A DNA stretch of 64,000 nt from an uncultured Acidobacteriota bacterium (GTDB lineage Bacteria; Acidobacteriota; Thermoanaerobaculia; Multivoradales; UBA5704): the NCBI GenBank assembly GCA_963700145.1, contig OY969474.1, forward strand, positions 224,001 through 288,000, read 5' to 3'. Shown here piece by piece: positions 9,584-21,501 of this stretch (position 1 is the first letter of the stretch; each line of letters opens with the position of its first letter). A program made the position numbers and the translations under genes. A model generated the notes under the pieces. That model was given only the letters and a program-made list of their open reading frames with translations. It searched no databases and had not been told where the DNA came from.

Positions 9584-9790
9584 ATGCGCACGACGCTCAA
9601 CCTCGACGATCAGGCCCTGTCCGAGGCGATGGAGGTGTCGCCCGGCAAGACGAAGACCGACGTCATCAACGAGGCGCTCCGCGAGTACGCCCGCCGTGGA
9701 CGGGTCAGCGGCCTCCTCAGGTACGAGGGGAAGGTCCGCTGGGAGGGGAACCTCGACGAGCTGCGGCGGCGGGTGCCCGGACGCGCTTGA
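9584..9790 (+). CDS. vapB: VapB-family antitoxin (RHH type)
   Basis: RBS AAGGAGG; MRTTLNLDDQALSEAM...TKTDVINEALREY...GKVRWEGNLDELR. Confidence 0.88.
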   Translation: MRTTLNLDDQALSEAMEVSPGKTKTDVINEALREYARRGRVSGLLRYEGKVRWEGNLDELRRRVPGRA

Positions 9791-9943
9791 GAGTTCTCAT
9801 CGACACGATCGACTGCCTGATCGCGGCTCTCGCCGAAGCGGGCGGCGCCGCGATCTTGGCGCGACCGCGATCTCTCCGCCATCCTCGACAGCGGCTTCGT
9901 CGAGGTGAAGCGCTGGCCCGTATCCCAGCCGCCACCGGAATAG
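9787..9943 (+). pseudogene. vapC: Second internally deleted and frameshifted VapC toxin remnant
   Basis: TTG overlaps the antitoxin stop. LRVLIDT is fused directly to IDCLIAALA...AIL, then shifts frame to DRDLSAI. The PIN core is lost. Confidence 0.8.
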
Positions 9944-10119
9944 CCCGCCCAGCCCCCCGGTTACCGTTATCCCAGGCACCGTAGGCCCCCGAGACGCAGA
10001 TCTCGTAGTGGCAGGACCCCAGCGTCCCTCTGAAGGACGCGACGACGAAGCAGCGTTTCTCCACCGCCTCCTCGCGGGGCGGGAGCTCATAAAACGTCGC
10101 ACCTCTTCGAAGGAGCATC

Positions 10120-13089
10120 ATGAACCGTATCGCGACGCTGTCCCTGCTGCTGTGCGCCCTGGTCCTGGGTGTCGCGGCCGCGCCCGTGTCCGCCCAGGCG
10201 GACGAGGCCGTTTCGGCCAAGGTCGCCGGCCCGGCGGCCGACGCTTTCATCGTCCGCATGAGCGAGGACCCCGTGGTGGCCTACCGCGGCGGTATCCCCG
10301 GCCTCAAGGCGACGAAGCCCGCCAAGGGCAAGAAGATCGACCCCAACAGCCCCGACGTGGTGCGCTACGTCACCTACCTCAAGGGACGCCACGACGCCGC
10401 CCTGGCGGCCGTCGGCGGCGCCCGCAAGCTCTACGACTACACCTACGCGCTCAACGGCTTCGCCGCCAAGCTCACGGCCGAGCAGGCCGCGGAGATCGCG
10501 GCCGTGCCGGGCGTCGTCTCGGTCGAGCGCGACGAGCGACTCGAGGTGAGCACGGTGAGCACGCCGGCCTTCCTCGGCCTGACCGCCCCGGGCGGCCTCT
10601 GGGAGCAGCTCGGCGGCGTCGAGAACGCCGGCGAGGACGTCGTCATCGGCGTCCTCGACACCGGCGTCTGGCCGGAGCACCCGAGCTTCTCCGACCGCAC
10701 CGGCGAGAACGACAACGGCGTCGGCGACAAGCTCGCCTACCAGCAGCTTCCCGGCTGGCACGGCAAGTGCGTCCCCGGCGAGGCTTTCAACGCCTCGCTC
10801 TGCAACCAGAAGCTGATCGGCTGCCAGCCGTTCAACGCCTCCTTCACCGCCGCGTCGCCGCTGCACGACGCCGAGTTCGACTCCTGCCGCGACTCCGACA
10901 GCCACGGTACGCACACCGCCTCGACCGCCGGCGGCAACCACGGCGTCACCGCCGTCATCGACGGCATCACCATCGGCAACGCCAGCGGCATGGCGCCGCG
11001 CGCCCGCATCTCGGCCTACAAGGTCTGCTGGACCGACCCGGCGGGCGACAACTCCTGCTTCACCTCCGACAGCGCGGCCGCTGCCGACCAGGCAGTGGCG
11101 GACGGCGTCGACATCATCACCTTCTCGATCACCGGCTCGACGACCAGCTTCCTGAACGCGGTGCAGGTTGCTTTCCTCAACGCCGCCGACGCCGGAGTCT
11201 TCGTCTCCGCCGCCGCCGGCAACTCCGGCCCGGGCGCCGGCACCGTCAACCACCTGAGCCCCTGGCTCACCACCGTCGCCGCCAGCACCCACGACCGCTT
11301 CTTCCAGGGCTCGGCGGTGCTCGGCAACGGTGACGAGCACACTGGCGCCTCGCTCACCGCGGGCACCGGCGCCTCGCTGCTGCCGCTCATCCACTCGAGC
11401 TCGGCGGGGCTGCCGGGCAAGAACCCGACCGAGGTCGCGCTCTGCTTCGAGGGCACCCTCGACCCGACCGTGGTGGCCGGGAAGATCGTCCTCTGCGACC
11501 GCGGCGTCAACGACCGCGTGGCCAAGAGCCGCGCCGTCGCCCAGGCCAACGGCGCCGGCATGATCCTGCGCAACACCAGCGCCAACACGCTCAACGCCGA
11601 CCTCCATTCGGTGCCGAGCGTCCACGTCGACCACATCGCCGGCGCCGCGATCAAGAGCTACATCGACGGCTCCGGCGGCACGGCGACCGCCCGCATCACC
11701 GACGGGGCGAACCTCACCTCGGTGGCCGCCCCCTTCAACGCCTCCTTCTCCGGCCGCGGCCCTCTCGCTTTCGGCGACCTCCTCAAGCCCGACGTCACCG
11801 CCCCCGGCGTGGACATCCTGGCCGGGACCTCGCCCTACGGCAACGGCGGCCGCTTCTTCGACTTCCTCCAGGGCACCTCGATGGCCACGCCGCACGTGGC
11901 GGGCCTCGCGGCGCTGCTCATCCAGCAGCACCCCGACTGGTCGCCGATGATGGTCAAGTCGGCCCTCATGACGACCGCCACCCAGATCCTCAGCACCGGC
12001 ACCGCCGGCAACGCCTTCGCCCAGGGGGCGGGCCACGTCGCGCCGAACAAGGCGGCCGACCCCGGTCTCGTCTACGACCACGGCTTCGCCGACTGGCTGG
12101 CGTTTCTCTGCGGCAGCGGCCAGCTCGTCGATCCGGGCTGCGCCGCGATTGCCATCGATCCGAGCGACCTCAACGTGCCGTCGATCGCCATCGGCGACCT
12201 CCTCGGCAGCCAGGTCGTCACCCGCACGGTGACCAACGTCGGGCCGGCGGCGACCTACAACGCGACGGTCGTGGCACCCCCGGGCTTCACCGCCGTCGTC
12301 AACCCGACGTCGCTGACGCTCGGCTCCGGACAGTCCGGCAGCTACACGGTGACCTTCACCCGCACGACGGCGGCGCTCAACACCTACTTCTTCGGCTCGC
12401 TCACCTGGTCGGACGGCACGCACTCGGTCAAGAGCCCGCTCGTCGTCCGCTCGGTGCCGCTGGTCGTGCCGGCGACGCTCAACCTGACGGGCGCCTCCGG
12501 GTCGACCAGCTTCACGATCAAGTTCGGCTACACCGGCGCGCTCGCCGGCTCGCCGCACGGGCTCGTGGCGCCGACGACGACCAACGCCACGGTCGTCGAC
12601 GACCCGACCAACAACTTCAACACCGCCGCGCCGGCCTCCAACCAGGGCATCACGACCCACAGCCTGGTGATCCCGGCGGGCACCTTCCTCGCCCGCGTCG
12701 CGCTGTTCGACGACTTCACGGACGGGGCCGACGACCTCGACCTCTACGTCTACAACGCGGCCGGCACGCTGGTCGGGGCGAGCAGCACCGCCACCTCCGC
12801 CGAGACCATCAGCCTGTCCAACCCGGCGGCGGGCACCTACACGGTGTACGTCCACGGCTGGCAGACCGACGGTCCGGACGCCAATTACACCCTGTTCGAC
12901 TGGAAGGTCGGGGCGAGCGCCGGGAACATGACGGTGACCACCCCGCCGACGGCGACCATGGGCGGCAGCGGCACCGCGACGATCTCCTGGAGCGGCCTTG
13001 CGGCCGGCACCCGTTACCTCGGCGTCGCCCGTTACCTCGAGGGCGCCACCGAGCGCGGCCGCACGGTCGTCAACGTGATCGTGCCGTAG
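10120..13089 (+). CDS. Secreted S8 subtilisin-like serine protease (I9 propeptide, PA domain, Fn3-like and PPC domains)
   Basis: Signal peptide; catalytic motifs LDTG, HGTHTASTA and GTSMATPHVAG; GKIVLCDRG (PA domain); DLDLYVY (PPC domain). Confidence 0.93.
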   Translation: MNRIATLSLLLCALVLGVAAAPVSAQADEAVSAKVAGPAADAFIVRMSEDPVVAYRGGIPGLKATKPAKGKKIDPNSPDVVRYVTYLKGRHDAALAAVGGARKLYDYTYALNGFAAKLTAEQAAEIAAVPGVVSVERDERLEVSTVSTPAFLGLTAPGGLWEQLGGVENAGEDVVIGVLDTGVWPEHPSFSDRTGENDNGVGDKLAYQQLPGWHGKCVPGEAFNASLCNQKLIGCQPFNASFTAASPLHDAEFDSCRDSDSHGTHTASTAGGNHGVTAVIDGITIGNASGMAPRARISAYKVCWTDPAGDNSCFTSDSAAAADQAVADGVDIITFSITGSTTSFLNAVQVAFLNAADAGVFVSAAAGNSGPGAGTVNHLSPWLTTVAASTHDRFFQGSAVLGNGDEHTGASLTAGTGASLLPLIHSSSAGLPGKNPTEVALCFEGTLDPTVVAGKIVLCDRGVNDRVAKSRAVAQANGAGMILRNTSANTLNADLHSVPSVHVDHIAGAAIKSYIDGSGGTATARITDGANLTSVAAPFNASFSGRGPLAFGDLLKPDVTAPGVDILAGTSPYGNGGRFFDFLQGTSMATPHVAGLAALLIQQHPDWSPMMVKSALMTTATQILSTGTAGNAFAQGAGHVAPNKAADPGLVYDHGFADWLAFLCGSGQLVDPGCAAIAIDPSDLNVPSIAIGDLLGSQVVTRTVTNVGPAATYNATVVAPPGFTAVVNPTSLTLGSGQSGSYTVTFTRTTAALNTYFFGSLTWSDGTHSVKSPLVVRSVPLVVPATLNLTGASGSTSFTIKFGYTGALAGSPHGLVAPTTTNATVVDDPTNNFNTAAPASNQGITTHSLVIPAGTFLARVALFDDFTDGADDLDLYVYNAAGTLVGASSTATSAETISLSNPAAGTYTVYVHGWQTDGPDANYTLFDWKVGASAGNMTVTTPPTATMGGSGTATISWSGLAAGTRYLGVARYLEGATERGRTVVNVIVP

Positions 13090-13122
13090 CGGTAAGCCCG
13101 GTTCTTCACTGAGCCGCATCGG

Positions 13123-13153
13123 GGCGGCCGGGGGAAACTCCGGCCGCCTCTTT
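13123..13153 (+). terminator. Probable intrinsic terminator
   Basis: ggcggccggggg-aaa-ctccggccgcc hairpin followed by tcttt after the protease stop. Confidence 0.55.
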
Positions 13154-13168
13154 GCGTACAGGGCGGGC

Positions 13169-15433
13169 ATGAATTCTGTCGTCGTGCGCCGATTCGCCCT
13201 GCCCCTCGCCCTCGCTCTCGTCCTCCCGCTCGCCGCCGCCGCGCAGACCGCGGAGGCCAAGCCGCCGATCCCGCCGCCGCGGCAGCTCCAGGTCGAGCGC
13301 GCGACCTCCGCGATCGCCGTCGACGGCGTCCTCGACGAGCAGGCCTGGAAGGACGCCCTGACCTTCGACCTCACCTTCGAGTGGTCGCCCGGGGAGAACG
13401 TGCCGCCGCCGGTCCAAACGGACTTCTTCGTCGCCTACGACGACGAGAAGCTCTACGTCGCCTGGCGGGCGCAGGACCCGAAGCCCGCCGAGATCCGCGC
13501 CCACTACATGGACCGCGACTCGATCCAGACCTTCATCCAGGACGACCACGTCGTCTTGATGATCGACACCTTCAACGACGAGAACCGGGCCTACCAGCTG
13601 CGCGTCAACCCGCTCGGCGTCCAGGCGGACTCCATCTTCAGTCAGAACGAGGGCGTGGAGGATTGGTCGTTCGACCTCATCTGGGACTCGGCGGGGCGCA
13701 TCACCGAGACCGGCTACGTCATCGAGGCCGCGGTGCCGCTCGGCCAGCTCCGCTTCCCCCGCACGACGGGCGCGCAGACCTGGGGCTTCGACGTCGGCCG
13801 CTCCTACCCGCGCAGCGTCCGCCACCGCATGACCGCGCACGCGCTCGACCGCGATCAGGAGTGCATCCTCTGCCAGGTCACCAAGGTGACCGGCTTCGAG
13901 GGGATCAAGCCGGGCCGGAACCTCGAGCTCGACCCGACGCTGACGGCGTTGCGCAGCGACGCGCTGGGCGCCGGCGGCTTCCCCGACGGCGACCTCGAAA
14001 CAGGGGACGAGGAGGTGGAGGCGGGGCTCTCGATGCGCTGGGGGATCACCCAGAACGTCACCCTCAATGCCGCGGTCAACCCCGACTTTTCGCAGGTCGA
14101 GGCCGACGTCGCGCAGCTCGACGTCAACGAGCGCTTCGCGCTCTTCTTCCCCGAGAAGCGCCCGTTCTTCCTCGAAGGGGCGGACTACTTCTCGACCCCG
14201 ATCCAGGCAGTCTTCACCCGCACCGTCGCCGCCCCCGACTGGGGCGCGAAGGTCACCGGCAAGGAGGGGCCAAACGCCTTCGGCGTCTTCCTCGCCGACG
14301 ACTCCGCCGACGCGACCCTGCTGCTGCCGTCCAATCAGGAGACGGGCATCGGCTTCCTCGACGAGACGGTGCGGACCGGCGTCGTGCGCTACCGCCGCGA
14401 CGTCGGCCGGGGCTCGAACGTCGGCGTCCTCTTCACCGGCCGCGAAGGGGAGCGCGACTACCACAACCGGGTCGCCGGCCTCGACGGCTTCTGGCGCTTC
14501 GACCCGAGCAACACCCTGAGGGGCCAGTACTTGCGGTCGCAGACCCAGTATCCCCTGGGTCTGGCGCTCGGCGCCGGCCAGCCGACCGACGAGCTCGAGG
14601 GGGACAGCATCTTCCTCGACTACGACCACGCCACCCGCAACTGGTTCTGGTCGGCCTCCTACGAAGCGATCGACCCGCTCTTCCGCGCCGACGCCGGCTT
14701 CGTGCCGCGCGTCGACATGCGGGAGCTCGAAGCCATCCTGATCCGCCAGCTCTGGGGGGAGGCCGGCGACCGGTGGACGCGCGCCCAGATCGGCCTCTTC
14801 ACCTTCCGCACCGAGGACTTCGACGGCCGGCTGACCGACGATCGGTGGGACCTCTTCGCCAACGTCGCGGGGCCGCTCCAGTCGTTCGCCGAGCTGTCGT
14901 TCGAAACCAACAGCGAGCGCTTCGGCGGCATCCTCTACGAAGACCTCCACCGCGGTCAGCTGTTCGCAGAGATCCAGCCCACCGGCGCCGTCAGGTTCAC
15001 CTTCTTCACCAACGTCGGCGAGACGGTGGACTTCGAGCACAACCAGCGGGCGGAGATCCTGGAGCTCAGCCCCGGTGTCGAGCTCAAGCTCGGCCGGCAC
15101 CTCAACGCCAAGCTCGACCACACGCTGCGGCGGCTGGACGAGGACGCGACCGGCGAGGAGATCGTCGAGGCCAACCTGACCCAGCTCCGCCTGGTCTACA
15201 ACTTCAACGTCCGCTCGTTCCTGCGCGCCATCGTCCAGTACCTGGACGTGGCGCCCGCCGGCGAGCCGACGAGCGAGGACCTGTTCACCCAGCTCTTGTT
15301 CTCGTACAAGCTCAACCCGCAGACGGTCCTCTTCCTCGGCTACTCCGACGACCGCGTCGGCGTCGGCGACGTCGGCCTCACCCAGACCGGCCGCACCTTC
15401 TTCTTCAAGGTCGGCTACGCCTGGCTGCTGTGA
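13169..15433 (+). CDS. CBM9-like / DUF5916 outer-membrane protein
   Basis: Signal peptide; motifs VDGVLDE..W, VAYDDEKLYVA and VNPDFSQVEAD...FFPEKRPFFLEG; beta-barrel-like C-terminus FFKVGYAWLL. Confidence 0.85.
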   Translation: MNSVVVRRFALPLALALVLPLAAAAQTAEAKPPIPPPRQLQVERATSAIAVDGVLDEQAWKDALTFDLTFEWSPGENVPPPVQTDFFVAYDDEKLYVAWRAQDPKPAEIRAHYMDRDSIQTFIQDDHVVLMIDTFNDENRAYQLRVNPLGVQADSIFSQNEGVEDWSFDLIWDSAGRITETGYVIEAAVPLGQLRFPRTTGAQTWGFDVGRSYPRSVRHRMTAHALDRDQECILCQVTKVTGFEGIKPGRNLELDPTLTALRSDALGAGGFPDGDLETGDEEVEAGLSMRWGITQNVTLNAAVNPDFSQVEADVAQLDVNERFALFFPEKRPFFLEGADYFSTPIQAVFTRTVAAPDWGAKVTGKEGPNAFGVFLADDSADATLLLPSNQETGIGFLDETVRTGVVRYRRDVGRGSNVGVLFTGREGERDYHNRVAGLDGFWRFDPSNTLRGQYLRSQTQYPLGLALGAGQPTDELEGDSIFLDYDHATRNWFWSASYEAIDPLFRADAGFVPRVDMRELEAILIRQLWGEAGDRWTRAQIGLFTFRTEDFDGRLTDDRWDLFANVAGPLQSFAELSFETNSERFGGILYEDLHRGQLFAEIQPTGAVRFTFFTNVGETVDFEHNQRAEILELSPGVELKLGRHLNAKLDHTLRRLDEDATGEEIVEANLTQLRLVYNFNVRSFLRAIVQYLDVAPAGEPTSEDLFTQLLFSYKLNPQTVLFLGYSDDRVGVGDVGLTQTGRTFFFKVGYAWLL

Positions 15434-15434
15434 G

Positions 15435-17011
15435 CTACTTCTCGAACATCTGATCCACGGGCACGATCACGACCGCCCCCTCGGCGATGCCGAGGGGGTA
15501 GCTCGCGATCGCCTTGTCCTCCTCGAGCACCTCCGCCGGCTTCTCGGAGGGGTAGGTGATCGGCGTCGGCGCGCCGGCGACGAGGGCTTTCTTCAGGCCC
15601 TCGGCGTCGCCGGTGACGATGGCGATCTGGAGGTTGCCGAGCTGCAGGTGCTTCTTGAGCGCGGCGTTGACCTGCTCGCGGGTGAGCTGGTCGAGCTTGG
15701 TCTGGAGGAGGGCGAGGTGGCCGGGCGCCGACACGCCGTAGAAACGGTCGTCGATGGCGTAGCCCAGCCGGTCCTGCGTCGTCTCGGCGTAGTGCAGGGA
15801 GTACTTCTTGAGGAAGCCCCGAGTGAGCTCGAACTCCTCCTGCGTCATGCCGCCTTCGATCAGGTCCTGCACCTCGCGCAGGGCGGCGCGCAGGGCGAAG
15901 ACGGCCTGGTTGTTGGGCAGGGTGCGGATCCAGACCTCGAAGAGCTGCCGGCTGCGCGGCGTGTTGGGCGGCGGCTGCTGGCGCTGGCCGCCCTCGACGA
16001 AGGCCTCGACGTAGGAGTAGTCGCCGTAGTTGAGGCCGCGGGTCTCGCGGATCACCTGGTAGAGGTGGCTCGAGCTGTTGCGGTGCTCGCCGAGCCAGGA
16101 GCTGGCGAGGAAGAGGGGGTAGAAGTCCGCCTCGCCGCGCGTGACGTCAAGCGGGAAGCCGAAGCTGATCGAGGCGTCGGCGCCGGGCTTCTGGACGAGC
16201 ACCACCTGGCGCCCCGCGAGCGCCCGCGGCGCCGGCGCCGCGGCGGGCTTGGCGCCGCCCTCCGGGAGCTTGGCGAGCGTCGCCTCGAAGCGCTCGATGA
16301 GCCCTTGCGGGTAGCTGCCGCCCAAGGCGACGACGGCGTTGCCGCGGGTGTAGTGCTCGGTGTAGAAGCGCTTGACGTCGTCGAGGGTGATGGCTTTCAG
16401 CCCCGCCACGGTCCCCTGCGGCGGGTGGGCGTAGCGGGTGCCGGCGAAGACGGAGCCGTAGAGCGCGGCCTTCCCCAGCTCCTCGTCCTGGGCGTAGCGC
16501 AGCGTCTTCTCGAGGTAGTTCAGGGCGCTGCTCTTGAGCCGCTCGAAGTCCTCCGCCTTCCAGGCCGGCTTCAGGTAGGCGTCGGTCAGGAGGACGAAGT
16601 AGGGCTCGAGGTTGTCGCGGTGGGTGCGGCCGGAGACCGTCGTCATCTCGCGGTCCACCCGCACCGAGTAGCCCGCGGCCATCGGGTAGAGCTTCTTGAG
16701 GATCTCCTCGTAGTTGTTGGCGGTGGTCGAGCCGTCGGAGAGCATCTGGCCGGTCAGGTAGGCGAGCCCCTCCTTGCCCGGCGGGTCGTCCTGGGAGCCG
16801 GTCTTGAACCAGACCTTGAAGGCGACCGTCGGGTCTTCGGGGACGGCGAGGAGGACGGGGCCCCGGGGCGGCACGACGGCGGCCTCGCCGTTCGGAGCGG
16901 CCGGCGGCGTCTTGGCGCCGTTGCCGTTCGGTGCTGCGCTGGCGGTGGCGGCGGCGGTCGTCATCAGTAGGGTCAGGGCCGTCGTGAGAGCGGCGCGGCG
17001 CGGGCTGGGCA

Positions 17012-17012
<1 letters not shown>
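15435..17012 (-). CDS. M16B zinc peptidase, non-catalytic subunit
   Basis: GSQDDPPGKEGLAYLT lacks HXXEH; IRETRGLNYG carries the R/Y motif; signal peptide present. Confidence 0.85.
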
Positions 17013-18457
<1,445 letters not shown>

Positions 18458-18630
18458 GGGCGTTCTCCTATGGGGTCTCTCCGGCCGGGCTGGCCGGGGG
18501 CCGCCCGCGGGCGCACAAGGCTACCAGGCCGGCGGGGGCCGGCGCTGGTAGAGATACGAGCGGGCGGGGATGGGGTTTTCGGGGAAGACCGAAGGGGGGC
18601 CGGGCCGCCCCCCTCCGGCCGCCAGTCCGT

Positions 18631-19953
18631 TTACCGACAGATGAAGGCGCTGGTGTCGAGCGTCGTCTTGTAGGTCTGTCCCTTCGGGCTCGTCTGCGTC
18701 CAGACGGCGCCGGTCGCCAGGTTGGTTACCCTGACGAGGACGTTGACGTCCGTCATGCCGGCGGTGAAGACCCAGATGCGATCGTTGAGCGCGCAGCCGT
18801 CGAGCACTTTGGCGAGCACCTCGACGTTGGCGGCGTCGAAGAAGGTGGCGTAGACCGTGTCGTCGCTCAACCGCACGACATTGCCGGCCTGGAGGGCCTG
18901 CGCGGGCGAGGTCCTGTAAAAGGCCTCGACCTTGAAGGGGCCGGTCGGCGCGGTGTGGTCGGTCTGCACCAGCGCCGAGCTGCCGCCGGCGCTCGCTGGG
19001 CAGAGCGGCTCGCAAGCGTCGCCGGCCCCCACGCCGTCGCTGTTCTCCTGGCCCGGGTTCGGCGTTGCCGGGCAGTTGTCGACCAGGTCTCCGACCCCAT
19101 CGCCGTCGGAGTCGTCGTCGCCGGGGGTGTCGCAGGCGTCCCCGACGCCGTCGCCGTTGCCGTCGGACTGATCGGCGTTGGGGTCGACCGGACAGTTGTC
19201 CACGACGTCGGGGATGCCGTCGTCGTCGGCATCGACATCGGCCACCGCGCAGTCCGCGCTCGCCGCCGCGTGGCTGACGACGATGTCGCCCGACACGGTC
19301 AGGCCGCCAAGGACCGCGGCGTCGAGATAGACGTGGATGGCGTTGACCGTGATCCCAGCCGCGCTCCCGCCGCCGCTCGTGGACTGCTCGTTGAGGACCA
19401 CGCGGACGCCTAAGCCGTCGAAGGCGACCGTGTTGGGCGCGGGATGGGAGGCCAGCGTGACGACCGTCGGAAGCGGGTTGGCGATCGTCAGGCTGGCGTC
19501 CTCGAGGACTGTCGAGCCGGAGGCCGCCAGCGCGCCGCAGGCGCCGGAGGTCCCGGCCTCGACGCGGACCGTCGTCGCGTTGAGCCGGACCGCGGTCGCG
19601 GCTTGGACCGCCAGGTCGTTGACGACCGCTTGGGCGCTGGTATCGCTGGCCTGCGGGGCGGCCGACGCCGCGCTCACCGCGAGCACGCCGGTGGTGAGAA
19701 ACGTGCCCAACGGGGGCGAGGAGGCGCTCGCGGAGGCCGCTTGGTCGTCGAGGTCGTAGGACGGCGACGACGTACCGGCCACGGCCGGCGTCGGCGCCAC
19801 CGCGACGGTCAGCGGCCCGGCCTGGACGCCGGCCGAGACGCCGAAGGCGTCGCTCTGCCCTGCCGGGGTGGTCGCGGCGGCGAGGGGTGGGACGAGGGCC
19901 AGGGCCGCGAGCGCGGCGAATGAAGCGAGGCGGACGAGGGACGAAGCGTTCAT
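18631..19953 (-). CDS. Secreted protein with thrombospondin type-3 Ca-binding repeats and a conserved C-terminal domain
   Basis: ATG at 19953 after AGGAGG; signal peptide; DxDxDGxxDxxDNCP...GDACD repeats; C-terminal FFDAANVEVLAKVLDGC...WVFTAGMTDV domain. Confidence 0.8.
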   Translation of the reverse strand: MNASSLVRLASFAALAALALVPPLAAATTPAGQSDAFGVSAGVQAGPLTVAVAPTPAVAGTSSPSYDLDDQAASASASSPPLGTFLTTGVLAVSAASAAPQASDTSAQAVVNDLAVQAATAVRLNATTVRVEAGTSGACGALAASGSTVLEDASLTIANPLPTVVTLASHPAPNTVAFDGLGVRVVLNEQSTSGGGSAAGITVNAIHVYLDAAVLGGLTVSGDIVVSHAAASADCAVADVDADDDGIPDVVDNCPVDPNADQSDGNGDGVGDACDTPGDDDSDGDGVGDLVDNCPATPNPGQENSDGVGAGDACEPLCPASAGGSSALVQTDHTAPTGPFKVEAFYRTSPAQALQAGNVVRLSDDTVYATFFDAANVEVLAKVLDGCALNDRIWVFTAGMTDVNVLVRVTNLATGAVWTQTSPKGQTYKTTLDTSAFICR

Positions 19954-20098
19954 GAGGTCCTCCTTTCTCATCCAGCCTCAATGTAGAAAGGGGTCACGCA
20001 AATGTCATGTCGTCAATTCGTTTAAATGAGCATGATCGCAGGACGACGGCGCTGTCGTCCGCGGGACGACAACCGGACCGCCCCGCGGCAGTCGGTGG

Positions 20099-20731
20099 TC
20101 AGTCGTCCAGCAGGCCGTGCTCGACCGCGTAGCGGGTGAGCTCGGCGTTACTGTGCAGGCCGAGCTTGGTGAGGATGCGCCCGCGGTAGGTGCTGACGGT
20201 GCTCTTGCTCAGCGATAGGATGGCCGCCACCTCCTTGACCACCTTGCCCGAGGCCAGGAGGCGGAGGACTTCGTGCTCCCGCTCCGAGAGCACCTCGTCC
20301 GGCGGCCGGTCGGAAGCGTGCCCGCTGTCGACCAGCCGCTCGACGACGCGGCGGTTGATGTAGGTCTCGCCGCGCAGCAACTGGCGTAACGCCTGCACCA
20401 GCTCGCCCGCCGTTCGGTCCTTCGTCAGGTAGCCGGCGGCGCCCGCCCGCAGCGCGCGCAAGGCGTACTCGTCCGACTCGTGGACGCTGAGCACCAGGAC
20501 GGGGACTTCAGGGGCGATCTCGCGACAGCTCGCGCAGCAGGTCGAGGCCGCTGCGGCCGGGGAGCGAGACGTCGAGCACGACCGCGTCCCACGGGTCGCC
20601 GCGGAACTTGGCCAGCGCCTCGGCCGCGTCACCGGCCTCGCCGGCGACGACCAGGTCGGGGTCTCGGAGAGGATGCCGCGCAGGCCGGCGCGGACGATCG
20701 GATGGTCGTCGACGATCAGCACCCGCCGCAT
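20099..20731 (-). pseudogene. NarL/UvrY-family response regulator with two compensating frameshifts
   Basis: The N-terminus (VLIVDDHPIVR) and C-terminus (GYLTK, LSEREHEVL HTH) share one frame. The central receiver part DLVVAGEA...VVLDVSLPGRSGLDLL is in another frame. Confidence 0.75.
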
Positions 20732-20979
20732 GTGCGCAACAATAAATCAATCGTGCAGCGGCTGAATTGACCGGCGCTTGGCGGAAAGCGGCGACCGCCG
20801 GCGGTTTACTCGCGCAGCACGCGCCGGGCCCACTCGAGGATCGGCAGCTCGACGTACTCGCGGTGGCGGGGGGTCATGAAGTGGTCGATGTGGGGCGCCG
20901 GGCGGGCGGCGGGCGAGCTTGTGACTGTCAGTCACAAGTGCTACGATGACCGTCCCCCGCCGCGGGGAGGTCGGGCCGC

Positions 20980-21501
20980 ATGATCGGAGAGAGCTGGGTC
21001 ACCACGACGTTCGAGAAGCTCGAGGACTGGGGGCAGCGCAACTCCTTCTGGCCCTTCCCCTTCGGCACCGCCTGCTGCGCCATCGAGTTCATGTCCACGG
21101 TGTCGTCGCACTACGACGTCTCGCGCTTCGGCGCCGAGGTCGTGCGCTTCTCGCCGCGGCAGAGCGACGTGCTCCTCGTCGCCGGCACCATCAACGACAA
21201 GATGGCGCCGGTGCTCAAGCGGATCTACGACCAGATGCCGGACCCCAAGTGGGTGATCTCGATGGGCGCCTGCGCCTGCTCGGGCGGCTTCTACCGCGCC
21301 TACCACGTGATGCAGGGGATCGACGAGATCATCCCGGTGGACGTCTACGTGCCGGGGTGCCCGCCGACACCCGAGGGGCTGATCTACGGCATCCTGCAGC
21401 TCAAGCAGAAGGTGGTGCGCGACCGCAAGCGTCACCGGGCCCGCGCCTCGGAGGGGCCGGCGGTGGACAGGGTGGCGAGTGGAGACGCTGGCGCCGCCTA
21501 G
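20980..21501 (+). CDS. nuoB: NADH-quinone oxidoreductase subunit B
   Basis: [34 protein letters not shown]. Confidence 0.95.
   Translation: MIGESWVTTTFEKLEDWGQRNSFWPFPFGTACCAIEFMSTVSSHYDVSRFGAEVVRFSPRQSDVLLVAGTINDKMAPVLKRIYDQMPDPKWVISMGACACSGGFYRAYHVMQGIDEIIPVDVYVPGCPPTPEGLIYGILQLKQKVVRDRKRHRARASEGPAVDRVASGDAGAA

Noticed and set aside
4535-10000. Integrative element or prophage at tRNA-Glu
   Set aside because: I found no integrase and no duplicated tRNA 3' end (att site), so it is reported only as an islet.
10087-13374. Long antisense or alternate-frame ORFs (also 41953..46161, 43032..45815, 54232..56961 and many Arg/Pro/Gly-rich ORFs)
   Set aside because: These are shadow ORFs expected in high-GC DNA. 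They overlap well-supported genes and lack recognisable motifs.
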